64,000 nt of DNA from Chrysomallon squamiferum (Eukaryota > Animalia > Mollusca). The position numbers and the translations under genes are program-made. The stretch is from NCBI GenBank assembly GCA_012295275.1, contig CM022669.1, forward strand, positions 4,712,001 to 4,776,000. Direction: 5' to 3'. The notes under the pieces are model-generated. The model did not search any database, had not been told where the DNA came from, and worked only from the letters and a program-made list of their open reading frames with translations. Positions 1 to 12,491 of the stretch are shown here, piece by piece. Position 1 is the first letter of the stretch; every line of letters begins with the position of its first letter.

Positions 1-56
1 ATTTTTGACATTGAACTCTTTTTTGAATTTGTTATCATTTTTAAATATTCTTTAAG

Positions 57-201
57 TGTCTGGAAATGAATTGGCAATGTCTGACCCTCTGAAAAGTGGA
101 GTCCCAGTAATGAAAGGTTCGTTTTTAACTGATTTGATCCTTATAAAGTATTAATTCATAATTTAATCTGTGATATCAAGATCATACTACAGCAATTAGT
201 A

Positions 202-233
<32 letters not shown>

Positions 234-2873
234 CTTCTGTTAAATGACATCTGACGATTTTAAAAATTAATTAAAAATATTAATCAGATATCAGATTTTA
301 AATAAACGAAACTTTTATTAAATGTGTCCTGAAATTTGATTTAAAATGAATGTACAGAACTTGTTTAAAATGTTTGTTCATTGCCAAGTTACTGTATTGG
401 TTCTTATCTAACCTGTACAAAAATAAACTCGAGTTAAAAACAGGGACTGTTTGTCACGGTTAGAAACTACACACTTGCAGTTTCATTCTACACGACTATT
501 TGAAACATTTGTTCTGCAGAAGTGATAGGTTTCCATGTTGACGCTACGAAGACGGCAGCTATGGGAAGAAGTTCTTTGATTCTTGAAGGGCTGAGACTAA
601 AAGAAGGCTGGCTTCATGGATACAAAGTTCGAATGGAGACGGCAGGTTGTACCATCGCTCTTCAAATATGGTATCCTGATACTGGAAACAAGTACCATTT
701 GAAAGGGCAGACTATATTTACTTCGGCTTCAACTGGCTACTTTGAAGTAATTTTAATATTTTATTTCTTTTTAACATCAAATATATTTTTGAAATTATAA
801 TTAAATAAATTTAAAGTTATTTCATTTTTGAAGACCATTGACTACTTTTGGAGACAGTTTTTTTTTATATCTTTACACTGTGTTTGACTTATTTTTGAAT
901 TTTTGCATAGATAATTTGTACCATTTTGTTATATTTACCTTTGTTTGACACCCAGTAGTCGATATATTTTTTTCAGCTGGGGTGTCGTTAAACATTCATT
1001 CACTCATTTCTTTAAAATAACAAATTACTTGTTATATTAATTCATTCAATCCAGACTGTATGCAAATTGATCATAATATTATACTACTAATATATCTGCC
1101 GTGTTATTCAGTTGAAGATATTAAACATTAGTCTTGGGCCAATATAAACTGATTACGGAGAGATTTATTCTTTCATAGGTTGAAGCAATTATTTCCAATC
1201 GGTTTGCAGTCGATCAAGAGGACAGACTTGGCTTTACCTCCTATCATCAGTCAAGTTCCTGTGTCCCGTATCTGTTCGTGTCGGACATGAAGAGAAGGAA
1301 GCATGCTAAAACAGTCTTCTACCACTTCAGTGGCAGTAACCATCCAAAAGTGAACAGCAGCTACAAATTTATACCCTACCAGACAACGATGCTCTTCGCT
1401 ATTCAGTTAGAAGTTTTAAGTAGGTAGCCGGGATGAATTGTTTAATACATTTCTACCATCTGTTCAATATGCCCGCCATAAGCACAGCAACCAGTGAATT
1501 TGTCACTTTTCAGTTCATGGAAAGAAAATTTAATGCTTAATTAATGTTCCAGGCTTTCTATAATACTGTTGATTTTGAGGAAAGTATGCCCATGATTATA
1601 TCTAATTATTTATTCAGTTGCTGTAGACCAGGTCACAGGAGGAAGTGGACCGCCAGGACTTCCAGGAGCTTACAGGAGCCACAGGACCAGCTGGTTCACC
1701 AGGACTACCAGGTCATACTGGTCCTTTAGGAGAACCTGGAGACAAAGGAATTGATGTAAGTATATCAATAAAACGGACTTCAGATATCTGTTCCAACCAG
1801 AGCTATATGACAATTATCAATGACTAGTATATTGATATTTCGATGTCTGTGGGTGGCGGGAATGCCAGAAAGTTCATCAAATGATCAAGCACACCGTCAC
1901 CGTCACAATCCAAACCTGTTACCAAAACTTTCCTATTTTGCATTACAGGGTGATAATGGTTTACCAGGTCCGACAGGCTTAGGTGGTCCACCTGGAAGTA
2001 AGGGACCTCAAGGATTAACTGGACCTAATGGTCCTTCGGGACTAACTGGATTAGCTGGAAAAGCAGGATTGATTGGAGCTACAGGAGAAATTGGACAAAA
2101 GGGACCAGCAGGTCAGCGAGGTCCGTGGGGTTTCCGTGGGAGCCAGGGTCTCCCAGGCAGCACTGGTGCTATAGGAATGACAGGCGAGGCACCTCGAGGA
2201 AGTGTGGGACAAACAGGCGTGGCTGGTCCTCTGGGAGCAACTGGACAACGTGGTGACATTGGGCCGCAAGGTCCTGGTGGTCCTAATGGAATGATTGGTT
2301 TTGATGGACGCTCTGGTGTAACTGGACCGGTTGGACCAATGTGGTTGCCTTTAGGTTTGTTAATTTTTGTTAAATATTTGTTTTTTTTCTATTGTTCAGT
2401 TTTCATAATGACTTAGTGCTGCAATACTGAATGTTAAATGCAATACTGTTTGAAAGTAGGCACGTTTCTTTAAAAAAACGTTTTTTCTTAGAACCTTTTA
2501 TCTTCTGAAGAGATAACTCAGATTTTAAAATTTTATTTTCATTTAAATTTTCATTTGCAGTAATTTAAAGGTAATTTCTATTCAGTTTATTTTATAGTGT
2601 ATCTTCAAATATATTAAATTGCTGTCGTCAGTGTGTGTACAATTTTCACTTTGTTTCTAAATCAGGGGCAGACTACTGTAAGACGATTAGCCTGAACTGT
2701 ATGCATTTTTGTGAGAACACAGATTTAGGACCGCGTTGTCGGTGTTACCCTGGATACAGACTCGTAGGACTAACAGACTGTGAGGGTAAGTTCAGTCAGA
2801 TCTTCTGCTACATACATTTCTCATTTTGACGTAAATACACATTAAACTATTGGGTTGTGATATTAGAATTTAA

Positions 2874-2906
<33 letters not shown>

Positions 2907-4263
2907 CCCATGCTATGTTAATGATCTGATAAAGAATATACATTTGTTTTTCTTCAGAAATTGACGAGTGCAAGTGTGAGAACGGTGGATGTCAGTACTT
3001 CTGTACTAACACAAATGGAAGTTACTTCTGTCACTGCCCACTGGGACTAAGACTTTCAAAAGACGATCACAGATGCGATGGTAAGTCTTTGATGAATACA
3101 ACAATAAAATCTTAATAAATATCAGCACCACTCAACAGCTGATCCTATACGCTTCTGATAAATGTTCTCTGTATGTTCTCTTTTAATGTTTAATGGTATA
3201 TGTAGTTAAGAGGTTCATATTTGTATTATTTCTAGGTATCTTTATTTTAAAATATGTACTGAGTTACTGGGAAAGAAATATTTAATAATAAAGATATCAA
3301 ACTTTTTAAAACTCCTCCAAACAAAATGGCATTCTTTCAGATACTGTCAAAAGTACATTTGGTGCTTTAGACAGAACATTTTTATTTTATTTTCAAATAT
3401 GTATTTATAGATTTCAGTTGATTTTTTATTTTATTTTATTTATGTTAGACATTGATGAATGCAAGGAGAAATCTGACAACTGTTTTTCTGATCAGCTGTG
3501 TATGAATACGTGGACTACTTACTACTGTGCAGGACCATTCGACGACAGCAGTTCATTTGGAAGTAATGAGACACGTTAAATAGAAGAATAAAGTTTTTGA
3601 TTTGCAAGCAGTTTTAATAACAACGTTAAAAGTATCTTGAAGGGTTTCTAGGGTTTCAATCTAAATTTGTTTAATTTTTATTTATTTTTAAAATTTATTC
3701 ATGTGTGAAATAGGCTGAATCATTCTTGAAGTCTTTAACCATTACATGATTATGAAGGAAGTTGTAACATTTAATTTAAATATAGCAGTACATGATATTT
3801 TTGGTTCAGCAAAATAATCAGCTGTGATATAACGATTCTTACTGATTAGATTCAACTCTGAGATTAAATCATCAGTTTAATTCCAAATTGGTTCTTTCAG
3901 AAACGGCTGCTCTGATTAAGCGGACAAACGACATTCATCACAAGAAACATCATCATTGGTCTCATCCTGTGGATGGTCATCCTCACACTCCTCATCTTCA
4001 CTTCAGTCATTCTGCTCATCCCCGACATGAAGGACTGCTGTGGTGGGAAGCGGGCGCCTCCTCGAAGGCCTCAGGAGTTCTATTATCCTTCCTTCATGCC
4101 TCGAATAAGCCTGGACCATGGGCGTGGTTCCAACAAAGACATGCTGGACAGTGCTAGATCAAATGAAGGCGGCGGTGTGGACAATTTAGGAGCTGACCTT
4201 TTGGATGAGACACCCGAGAGAGATGGAGGAAAAGAAAATGAAGGAAAAAGAAAAGATCAGTAG
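57..4263 (+). CDS. Collagen/EGF single-pass membrane protein, paralog A (5' partial; signal-peptide exon probably upstream of the window; two apparent +1 frameshifts)
   Basis: Hand-built exons: 57-116 (tentative), 520-746, 1179-1419 (N-terminal domain ..EGWLHGYKVR..LQIWYP..LKGQ..VDQEDRLGF..), 1618-1755 and 1949-2354 (about 56 Gly-X-Y triplets, one GEA-PR-GSV interruption), 2666-2785, 2958-3080, 3449-3562 (EGF, cbEGF, 4-Cys truncated EGF), 3901-4263 (TM RNIIIGLILWMVILTLLIFTSVILLI and tail). All GT-AG. Phases fit only if one base is removed near 1667-1671 and one near 3917-3918. Confidence 0.85.
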
Positions 4264-5492
4264 AAATAATAAAAATGTTTAACGTCAGTAAAATAATATA
4301 CATAATCAGTGTCTTTGTCTTTATTAACAATATTTTTGGTCTTGTAAGCCACTGGGTCTTTAACAAAGAATAAACTGATGCCAACAATGAGAAAGTAAAT
4401 ACATGATTGGACTGTCAGTTCATTTTTTTTTTTTTTTTTAAATCAATTTTTTTAAGTAAAGCATATTTTTCTCATTTCATACGATACATCGGATATAAAT
4501 ACAACTTTCCAATAAAACACCAGTATTCTGTTGATAAATATTGGGAAAGAAAATGTTTTGGATGGTTGTATAATCACCTAAAAACGAAATTTAAAAAAAA
4601 AAAAAATTTCATTTGAACTTTGTAGTGATTATTTCAGAAAGACATTGTTCTGATTCATTCAGTCAGTACCATTACCAATGTTGAGGATATTCCATGCAAT
4701 AATTCTGATTAAATTAGTTTAGCTATGAATTCAAGTGTTTTTTTTGTTTTTTTAATTCTATTCCTGCCATTGAATTTAGTTCCAAGGTATTAAAAAATGA
4801 CTAATTCCTTTTAAAATTCAGCAGCTTTTAAATCATTTCAGAATAAACACGTCAATATTCATTGGTTAAAGCTTTACCTGATTTAATCGTGTTAAATATT
4901 TTTGGAGGAAACGTAACTGCAAGGCTTCCTTTATGCCAAGCATGTAGACAAGCAGTGTATTCAGCCAGAAAGTGAAATTTAAAACTTTCTAAGTCAGTCA
5001 ACTGAATGGAAAATTCATTTTCTGGTGTTGGAATTTTTAAATGTGAATCTGATCACACATTGTGACCACCTTAAAGGATTTACTTCATTATACCAAGCCT
5101 CACACACATCCTAAACATTCATTTTATGCAAAGATGTGATTGTTTAGCAATCCCTACTTAAAATTTATGATGTAAATAAAAATTATGTAAGAAATAAAAC
5201 CCAGACAATTTTGTTACTGTATTTAATAAAACAAGACGTACAACATTCTATTATTTACAGATTTAATGAATTTTTAATACAATTTTTATTTACAATACGT
5301 TTTCACTTTTTTTTTTTTGAAAAAAAAGCACTTTCATAAATATCAAGGAGTGTATACATATATATAAAATTTGATACAAAAAGGTGATCATAAAAATATA
5401 TTTTATAGACTTTCTAACAGGTTTATTACAATGCAAATGCAAATATGTGTGGTAAAGGTGTATTTATATTGTCCAAATTTAAATATTAAAAT

Positions 5493-8400
5493 TTAATAAT
5501 AATGAACATCGGCAAGTCTAGAAGCATTTTTCTGAGAACGTTCTTCCCAGCCACTCTCTGAATACTGGTGTCGACTAGCATCGTCATGGTAATACTTGTC
5601 TTTTCTTCTGCCTCGACGGACAAACAGACAGATGAGTATTATGAGCACAATGAGACTGAGTAAAATGAGCCACACTATGAAACCAATGATGGTGTTACGA
5701 CTCAACAAGCCTAATCCAGATGCACATTTAGCTTGAGCTGCAGATAATCCTGTTAAAGAAATTACACATTTTAATAATGTCAAAAATTTTAAAAAAACAC
5801 TATTTCTGATATCTACACTGGTTGCCAATTTATACATCTGAAAATTGAATTTGTAAAGCAGAATTGATTTAGAAAATGAAAAGTCAATCGAATGTGCATT
5901 TTTGTTATTTTTAAACCTATTTTATTTTACTCATGCTCAACTTTTCATATCACCTAGTCATTTAATTTTCACTGCCTTAGTCATGTTATGAAACTGGACA
6001 TGGCAATGTTGAGATTTCACCCCCTCCCCATCAGTTATCAGATATAATTAAATTAATTTCTAGCTTCATTATTAGAGTAATAAGTCAATCCCTTAGAAGA
6101 TATAAGACAGTTAATAGTTGTGTACATTGCTCACCTGCAGCCTGTGATGTCATTGTGTTTTGTTTTGCAATACAGTACATACTTCCATGTGTGTTCACAC
6201 AGTTCTGTTGTTCAGTGCAGTCTCCATTGTTTATTCGACATTCATTCACATCTGGAAATTATAAATCTTTTTAGTAAACTAGCATTTTGTTCACACTTGT
6301 ATTCTTAATTATTCAAGCATTTGAAGTGACAAACCAAAATGGCCAAAATTTGCCTAAATTTTTTTATTTAAACAGGCTGATGAGACAATAGGATTAAAAA
6401 TCTGTTATTTGGTCAGGATTTGGCCTATTAATCTTAGGAATAAAGTAATTCAGGATACCAGATGTAATTGTTAAAGCATCCATGTCAAAACAAATGTAAG
6501 AATTCCAGTGCTTGATAAAGTACTAGGAAATATAAAATGGTTAGCATAATCAAGACATCTAAAAATCATACTTTTTGCAACAGCAACAGCAACAGCAGCA
6601 GCAAGAAGTGTTTCAACTACATACCCAAACATGAACGTCTGTCAGGTCCTAGCTTATATCCTGCTTTACACTGGCACTTGTAAAGACCAGCAGTATTTTC
6701 ACAATCATGTTGACAACCACCATTGTGTTCCACACACTCATCAGTATCTGTAAAATAAATCCACAAATTTTAAACATATGAATACATTTGATAATAAACA
6801 GAACTAAATATGTAATACCAAAAATTCAGTGTATGAACACGAGTGATGACAGTGCTTTGAAGTCACTTACCTATACAGGTTTTACTGTCATTGAGGAGTT
6901 GGTAGCCTTTTCTACAAGTACATCTGTAACTGCCCAGTGTGTTTTCACAGAAATGATTGCAGCCATGATTCTTTCCAGAACATTCATCACGATCTACGAA
7001 ATATTTAGAAATACTGATTATCAACTACTGAATTCTCCATTTTCAATACTAGCATACATTTTTAAAAGTTAAAAATCATCTTGTAGTTGCATGCAGTAGT
7101 ACTGAAAAGGTCAAGTGTATTTAGAAGAATAAAACATGTAGAGCAATGCATTCAATTTTTAATTTTTGTACAGAATTACATAAAACCTTGTTGAGGCAAA
7201 TTATGAAATATATGGAATATGAATTTAATAGATTCCATTCAAATATTATCTCAAAAATTATACCCAACATTTTTCAAAGAAACTCGGTTTAAAAATGATA
7301 AAATACCCATTACAAAGTAATAGTAAATTTTGTAATCTTAACATCTTTGAATTATTTCTAAAGTAATGCAACTTCTTACCAACAAAAGCTGGTCCTGTGC
7401 TTCCAACTGGACCAGTCAGTCCTGCAGGACCAGTCTGACCAGTGACTCCCACTGGTCCTCTTACACCTGTAGAGCCGGTCACTCCAGGTATACCTGTTGC
7501 TCCATAAGGACCTCGGACTCCTGTCATACCAGCTTCACCTTTTGGTCCAGCCTGTCCCTTGATTCCAGATACACCTCTTACACCAGTAATTCCTCTATTT
7601 CCTTTCAGTCCTGAAGCAATTTAATTTTCAAAATATTTTAATGTCGAGTGAGAAAGATAAAATAAGGCACATATGTTGTTTACCAAGTAATTTAATGTTA
7701 GACAAAATTTTGCTTTGTAGTTTAAATAGTATATTAGATTACAGAATCAACCTTAATTTAAAATCTTATAAATTAAACATAACTTGGCATAAAATGGCTG
7801 CTGTTTGACATCAACGGAGGTAAAATTTAACAAGATTATATTATTAAAATAAAACAAAATCATATCTTTGGTTTTTCAGATATAAAATTAATCTTCAACA
7901 ATCTCTAAGCAGTACTTAAAAAAAATAATATCTTATCCTAAAAATACATAATTAGTTTAATGTTTAAGACCACAGTACAATCTAAAAAGTAACTATTCAA
8001 GTGATTACCTCTAGGTCCAGGTGCACCTACACTTCCTTTCTGTCCTTTGAGTCCAACTGGACCAGGTAGACCTGCAGGACCTGTTACACCTGTCAGTCCA
8101 GGCAGACCAACAATTCCTGTGTCTCCTTTCTGACCAGCCACTCCCTTTGGCCCAGAGGGTCCAGTTACACCATCTATCCCTTTGTCTCCCTTAAGCCCTT
8201 GAACACCCTGTAATAAAATGAATGGCTGATATACATCTACTGATATTCCTAATAAACTTATCTGACCTCATTTGGTTCCTTAGATGCTATTTTATTATCC
8301 AATGCTTCACTCCAGCTATTTGCTAACAGGATCTATAAAAAGTCTTTACTTCTTGCAAAAAATTCATTATATCTAAAATTTTATTACTAATGTGTATCAG

Positions 8401-11188
8401 CCATTGCTTGAAATAATTCCATTCTGTCAGTGTTAAAAAGTACATTAAAACTGGCATAGAAAATCCAACAGTAGCATCCGATAAACCAGTAGCATAAAGT
8501 GCATGCAGTCATAAAGTTCATCCTGTAACACCAATCTAATAAACCTGTCATTTGCATGTATCAGTGATCCTGTCTTTATAAAAACAGTGCAGTCATAATC
8601 TTATACAAACAGTGCAATGTAACACCACACTAGAATACCATACAACATGCACCAGCATCCTCTGCATGCATCAGTGATCTGTGTCTTAATAAAAACAGAA
8701 ACAAACCTTATCTCCTTTTGGTCCATTCTGACCAGTAATCCCTTGAGGTCCAGGAGGACCAGTCATTCCTGGCACACCTGGTTTTCCAGGTAAACCAGTA
8801 ATACTTATTGCTGAACCATTAGTATTAGCTGCAATAAAATGTTATGTTGAATGTTTAAATGACACATCAGAACAAAATCACATTGCATACATGCTTAATA
8901 CAAGAAAAATGTGAACAAACTTATAATTTAAATAAAAACTTCTGTGCAAATCAGACAGCTACAAAGATATAAAAACTTTTGCTGTATTGGAAATTTCACA
9001 TTTACATCTTCATGAGAATGTATTTTGCAATACATATAGTGCAAGTTTTAATACTGGTCATTTAAAAAAATATGTAAACAAATATCTGGAAAATATTTCA
9101 TATACGAATATTGATGTAAAAATAATGATAATCATTTGAGACATTTTTATTTTATTTCATTTAACTTTCTCAAATACTACAAATGTGCCAAACAGAATTT
9201 CAGTTTAAAAATGTAACATACCCACAATATTTAAGGTAGCAGCTGGCTCTATAAAACAAAATAACTGGTTAATATTTTCATGTAAATACAGAACTAAATA
9301 AAACCTGAATTCTACAGATGCCTACTTTTTTAAAATCTGAGAATTTTTTTAAAACAATTTCAGATGTGTAAACCGAAATGACACTGAATCACTAAAAACT
9401 GAAGGTGACAAATTTTATTCCCATTCTAAAATAACAACAAAAATTAACATTTTGAGCTGAAATTGTTAATTAGTCAAATTACAAGGATTATGGAAGCCTG
9501 GTGCAGGCAATTTTTACCAATATTGTTATGTGTTGCTGTTAATACAGTTTTTGTTTATGTTGGCCTCAGAGATTGCTGTTTTATTAATGTTGTTAGAAAG
9601 ACCCAATCTGATGCAATTAGTAGTAATGAGAAATTATAATTACAGTTTTTGTAAAGATAAGTTTCACTTACTTTCTATAACTGCAGCAATACCAGGGGCA
9701 CCTTTGTATTCTGCTGGCACCTCAAAAATGGTTTCATTGACACCAGGAATGTGATTAATACTGTAAACATATGTTCCATAGGCATTGTTGTTATCTGCCT
9801 TGAACATCACTGAGAGCTCATCTTCATAAAATACACCCAGATGATCACCAGCCTCAACATTAATCTGTTCTTGAGGTGTCAGTTTGTACTTTAAAAGACA
9901 AAGATTTTTTAATTTTTACATTTGACAAAATGCAGAATTTTTTTAAATTGGACACATTTAATATTAAGACACTGACCAATTTTAGTTAAATTTGTTTAAA
10001 CAAAATATTACTTTGACAAGGATATCATCTGCCACAATGCTGTTTTCTGATGGTTCCAAAGCAGGTTTTTAATGTATAGAGGTTTTCAAAAACTTCAGCT
10101 TTTAATGTTGCTTACTTTTATCAAATTATGAAACTTCTGTGACCATTTGAATACTGAAAACATTTTAATGTCATTCTGTTGTCATTTTGGATCAAGGACA
10201 ATGAGCATATTCTTTTCTGATGTCAGGGTTTCAGGATTTTGTCAAGCAAATGTATATTTAATGCACCAGCTTCTTAACTGTTGGCTTTAGAATGTCCAGT
10301 TCTCAATGCAAAAACAATGCTTTCTGGTGTTATCAAAATGGCATGTTAAAATAAACCGTCTTATCTGAAACAGTACATTAAAAACATTACCTTGAAGTTA
10401 CCCTTAACATCAGAAGTTGGGGTGACAATCTTTTCACCAACAAGAACAATCTCATTGTTGTTGGTTCCTGCAACTGATCTATAAATCTGCAAGCGAAAGG
10501 CTCGAGATCGGTTGTTAGTTGTGTCTACAAATGTGCTAAATTCAGTGACCTTGCCCTTGGGTAGTGAGATACCAGTTATGACGATGATGGCCTTGTTGAA
10601 TGATTGATTCCAAATTCTATCAGCACCTGTCAGGATGCCAAATGTCTCTCCTGCAGTACCTTTGATAAAAATAAATTTAGAATTTTTTTTAAAAATGGTA
10701 AATTTAAAAAAAATTTAAGGAAAAACTTTTAAAATTCCTTTTGCATCACAATTTTGAAACAATTTAATCCAACACTAAATTACTATGGCTTTAGTTATGG
10801 TATCAGTTCCTTCTTAACATGGTACTGACTAATCAAAATGCTTAAAATTCACCAACACATAAAAAACAGATTAAAAATGTATTGAAAAAAAATATTTCAA
10901 TTATCTCATTTAAGATGCAATGGGTAAACTTAAAATGATCTAAATTAACATTTACAGGCTTGGAATATGTTAATTTCATTTTGATTGATTGAGTAACTGA
11001 ATTATTTAACACACTAGAATAAAAATATTCTAACAATTCTGAGGTAATTTTAACTTCATTTCTCTAACATTTCTACCAGTGTTAAAACTGATTTTAAAAA
11101 CAATGAATACAAAACTGAATAAAATCAACAAGAAGTTCTACAAACCTGGTGTTAGCAGCAACCAGACAAGAGGACAAAGAAAAATCAT
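5493..11188 (-). CDS. Collagen/EGF type I single-pass membrane protein, paralog B (complete, 566 aa)
   Basis: Exons on minus strand: 11188-11146 ([15 protein letters not shown], signal-like), 10659-10391, 9888-9672 (N-domain ..[30 protein letters not shown]..), 8828-8707, 8207-8009, 7610-7380 (57 uninterrupted Gly-X-Y), 6993-6871, 6747-6625 (cbEGF), 6251-6135 (4-Cys truncated EGF), 5749-5493 (TM, RRGRRK stop-transfer, tail ending HYY*). Total 1701 nt, open throughout, all GT-AG. Confidence 0.9.
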
Positions 11189-11510
11189 GATCCAAGATTT
11201 CTGAAAGAAACATTTTAACACGATCAAAGAACAATACAGTTTTAAGATATAACTAAAAGACGAACTTGAGGCAAATATTCAAAACAGAATGCATCGTTAT
11301 ACAGGTTTTAGTCTTCCAAATACATTTGACTTTTTCAGTATTACTACATGCAACTTCAAGATAATTTTTAAGTTTTAGAAATTTTATATAAATGACTACT
11401 TAAATAATACCCTTTTAAATAATATATTCTGTTTGAAATTAATTTTAATTACTGATAACGTTCATAATCACAACTTAACCAGTTTAAACAATTTAATTTT
11501 ATACGCATAC

Positions 11511-11620
11511 CTTTTTTCCTAATTGAAGCTGACAACACCGATCATCTGCAGACACTGTCAACTCCCTACACTGACTCTTTCTAATAATGTCGGTCGCACG
11601 CGCATCGTCAAGAAGCTCGT
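11511..11620 (-). promoter_or_regulatory. Probable non-coding first exon and promoter of paralog B
   Basis: Minus-strand donor AAAAAG|gtatgc at 11511/11510 matches the acceptor at 11201 just upstream of the ATG. A CpG-rich patch (GTCGGTCGCACGCGCATCG, about 11589-11607) lies in otherwise AT-rich DNA. Confidence 0.45.
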
Positions 11621-12453
11621 GCAGAATTTTGATCAGTCATAAATTAACACGTGATCATGATGAAGAGAGCTCATTTAATTACGTTCAGAAGATCACAGCT
11701 TGATTTAGGTCTGAAAGTTTAAGCTTTTACGTTACCATTAATGTTAACGTTGTCTAATTATAGAATCAGATACGATGATTAAGTTTAAAATTTACGCTTC
11801 AGAGGCTCACAGATTGGAAGGACTCTCAGAATTTCAGAAGCACAATTTCTGTTAATATTTACCAAACACGGACCAAACATTTCCACAGCTTATGTATATA
11901 TATATTTATTTACTGTCAGAGAAAATGTGCTGCTTTATAGACAGGACATATAAAACTGAATATCTATTTCGAAACTGTTTACCTATGGCTACTATTTTTT
12001 AAATTATTATTATTATGACTTTGTTACATAGAATAGTAATGTTTATAACGATATATTCCCTCAAATGCAGTCGTCAAATTATCCATCCATGATTTTATGT
12101 TAAGAAAAATTTAATATATATATATATATATATATAAATGTCACTAATCAATATAAATTTTATATTCTGATCAATTAGACTTGTATCATTTTAATGCTTG
12201 TATTTTGCAGTTTCTTAATAATTAAACAATAATCCAAATTAATCCATTCCATTTTATTACTTATCTATCTATCTATCTACCTACCTATATCTATCTATCT
12301 ATCTAAGTCATTTAAAGTATTTTTCATTTTAGCAAATCACTCAATGTGATATATTAAACAATTTATTGAAGAGAAAATGTTTTATTGCTATTATTGTAAG
12401 TTGCTATTATTATCGCAATAAATGTTATTTACGTAAGTTATTATTATTATTAT

Positions 12454-12484
<31 letters not shown>

Positions 12485-12491
<7 letters not shown>

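Noticed and set aside
2245-2260. RGD in paralog A collagen (GQRGDIG)
   Set aside because: RGD arises readily in Gly-X-Y sequence, is cryptic in a triple helix, and is not shared with paralog B.
8440-8700. Intronic repeats in paralog B with GCT-ACT-GGT-like triplets suggesting an extra collagen exon
   Set aside because: No sustained Gly-X-Y frame or paired splice sites, and the flanking exons already join in frame.
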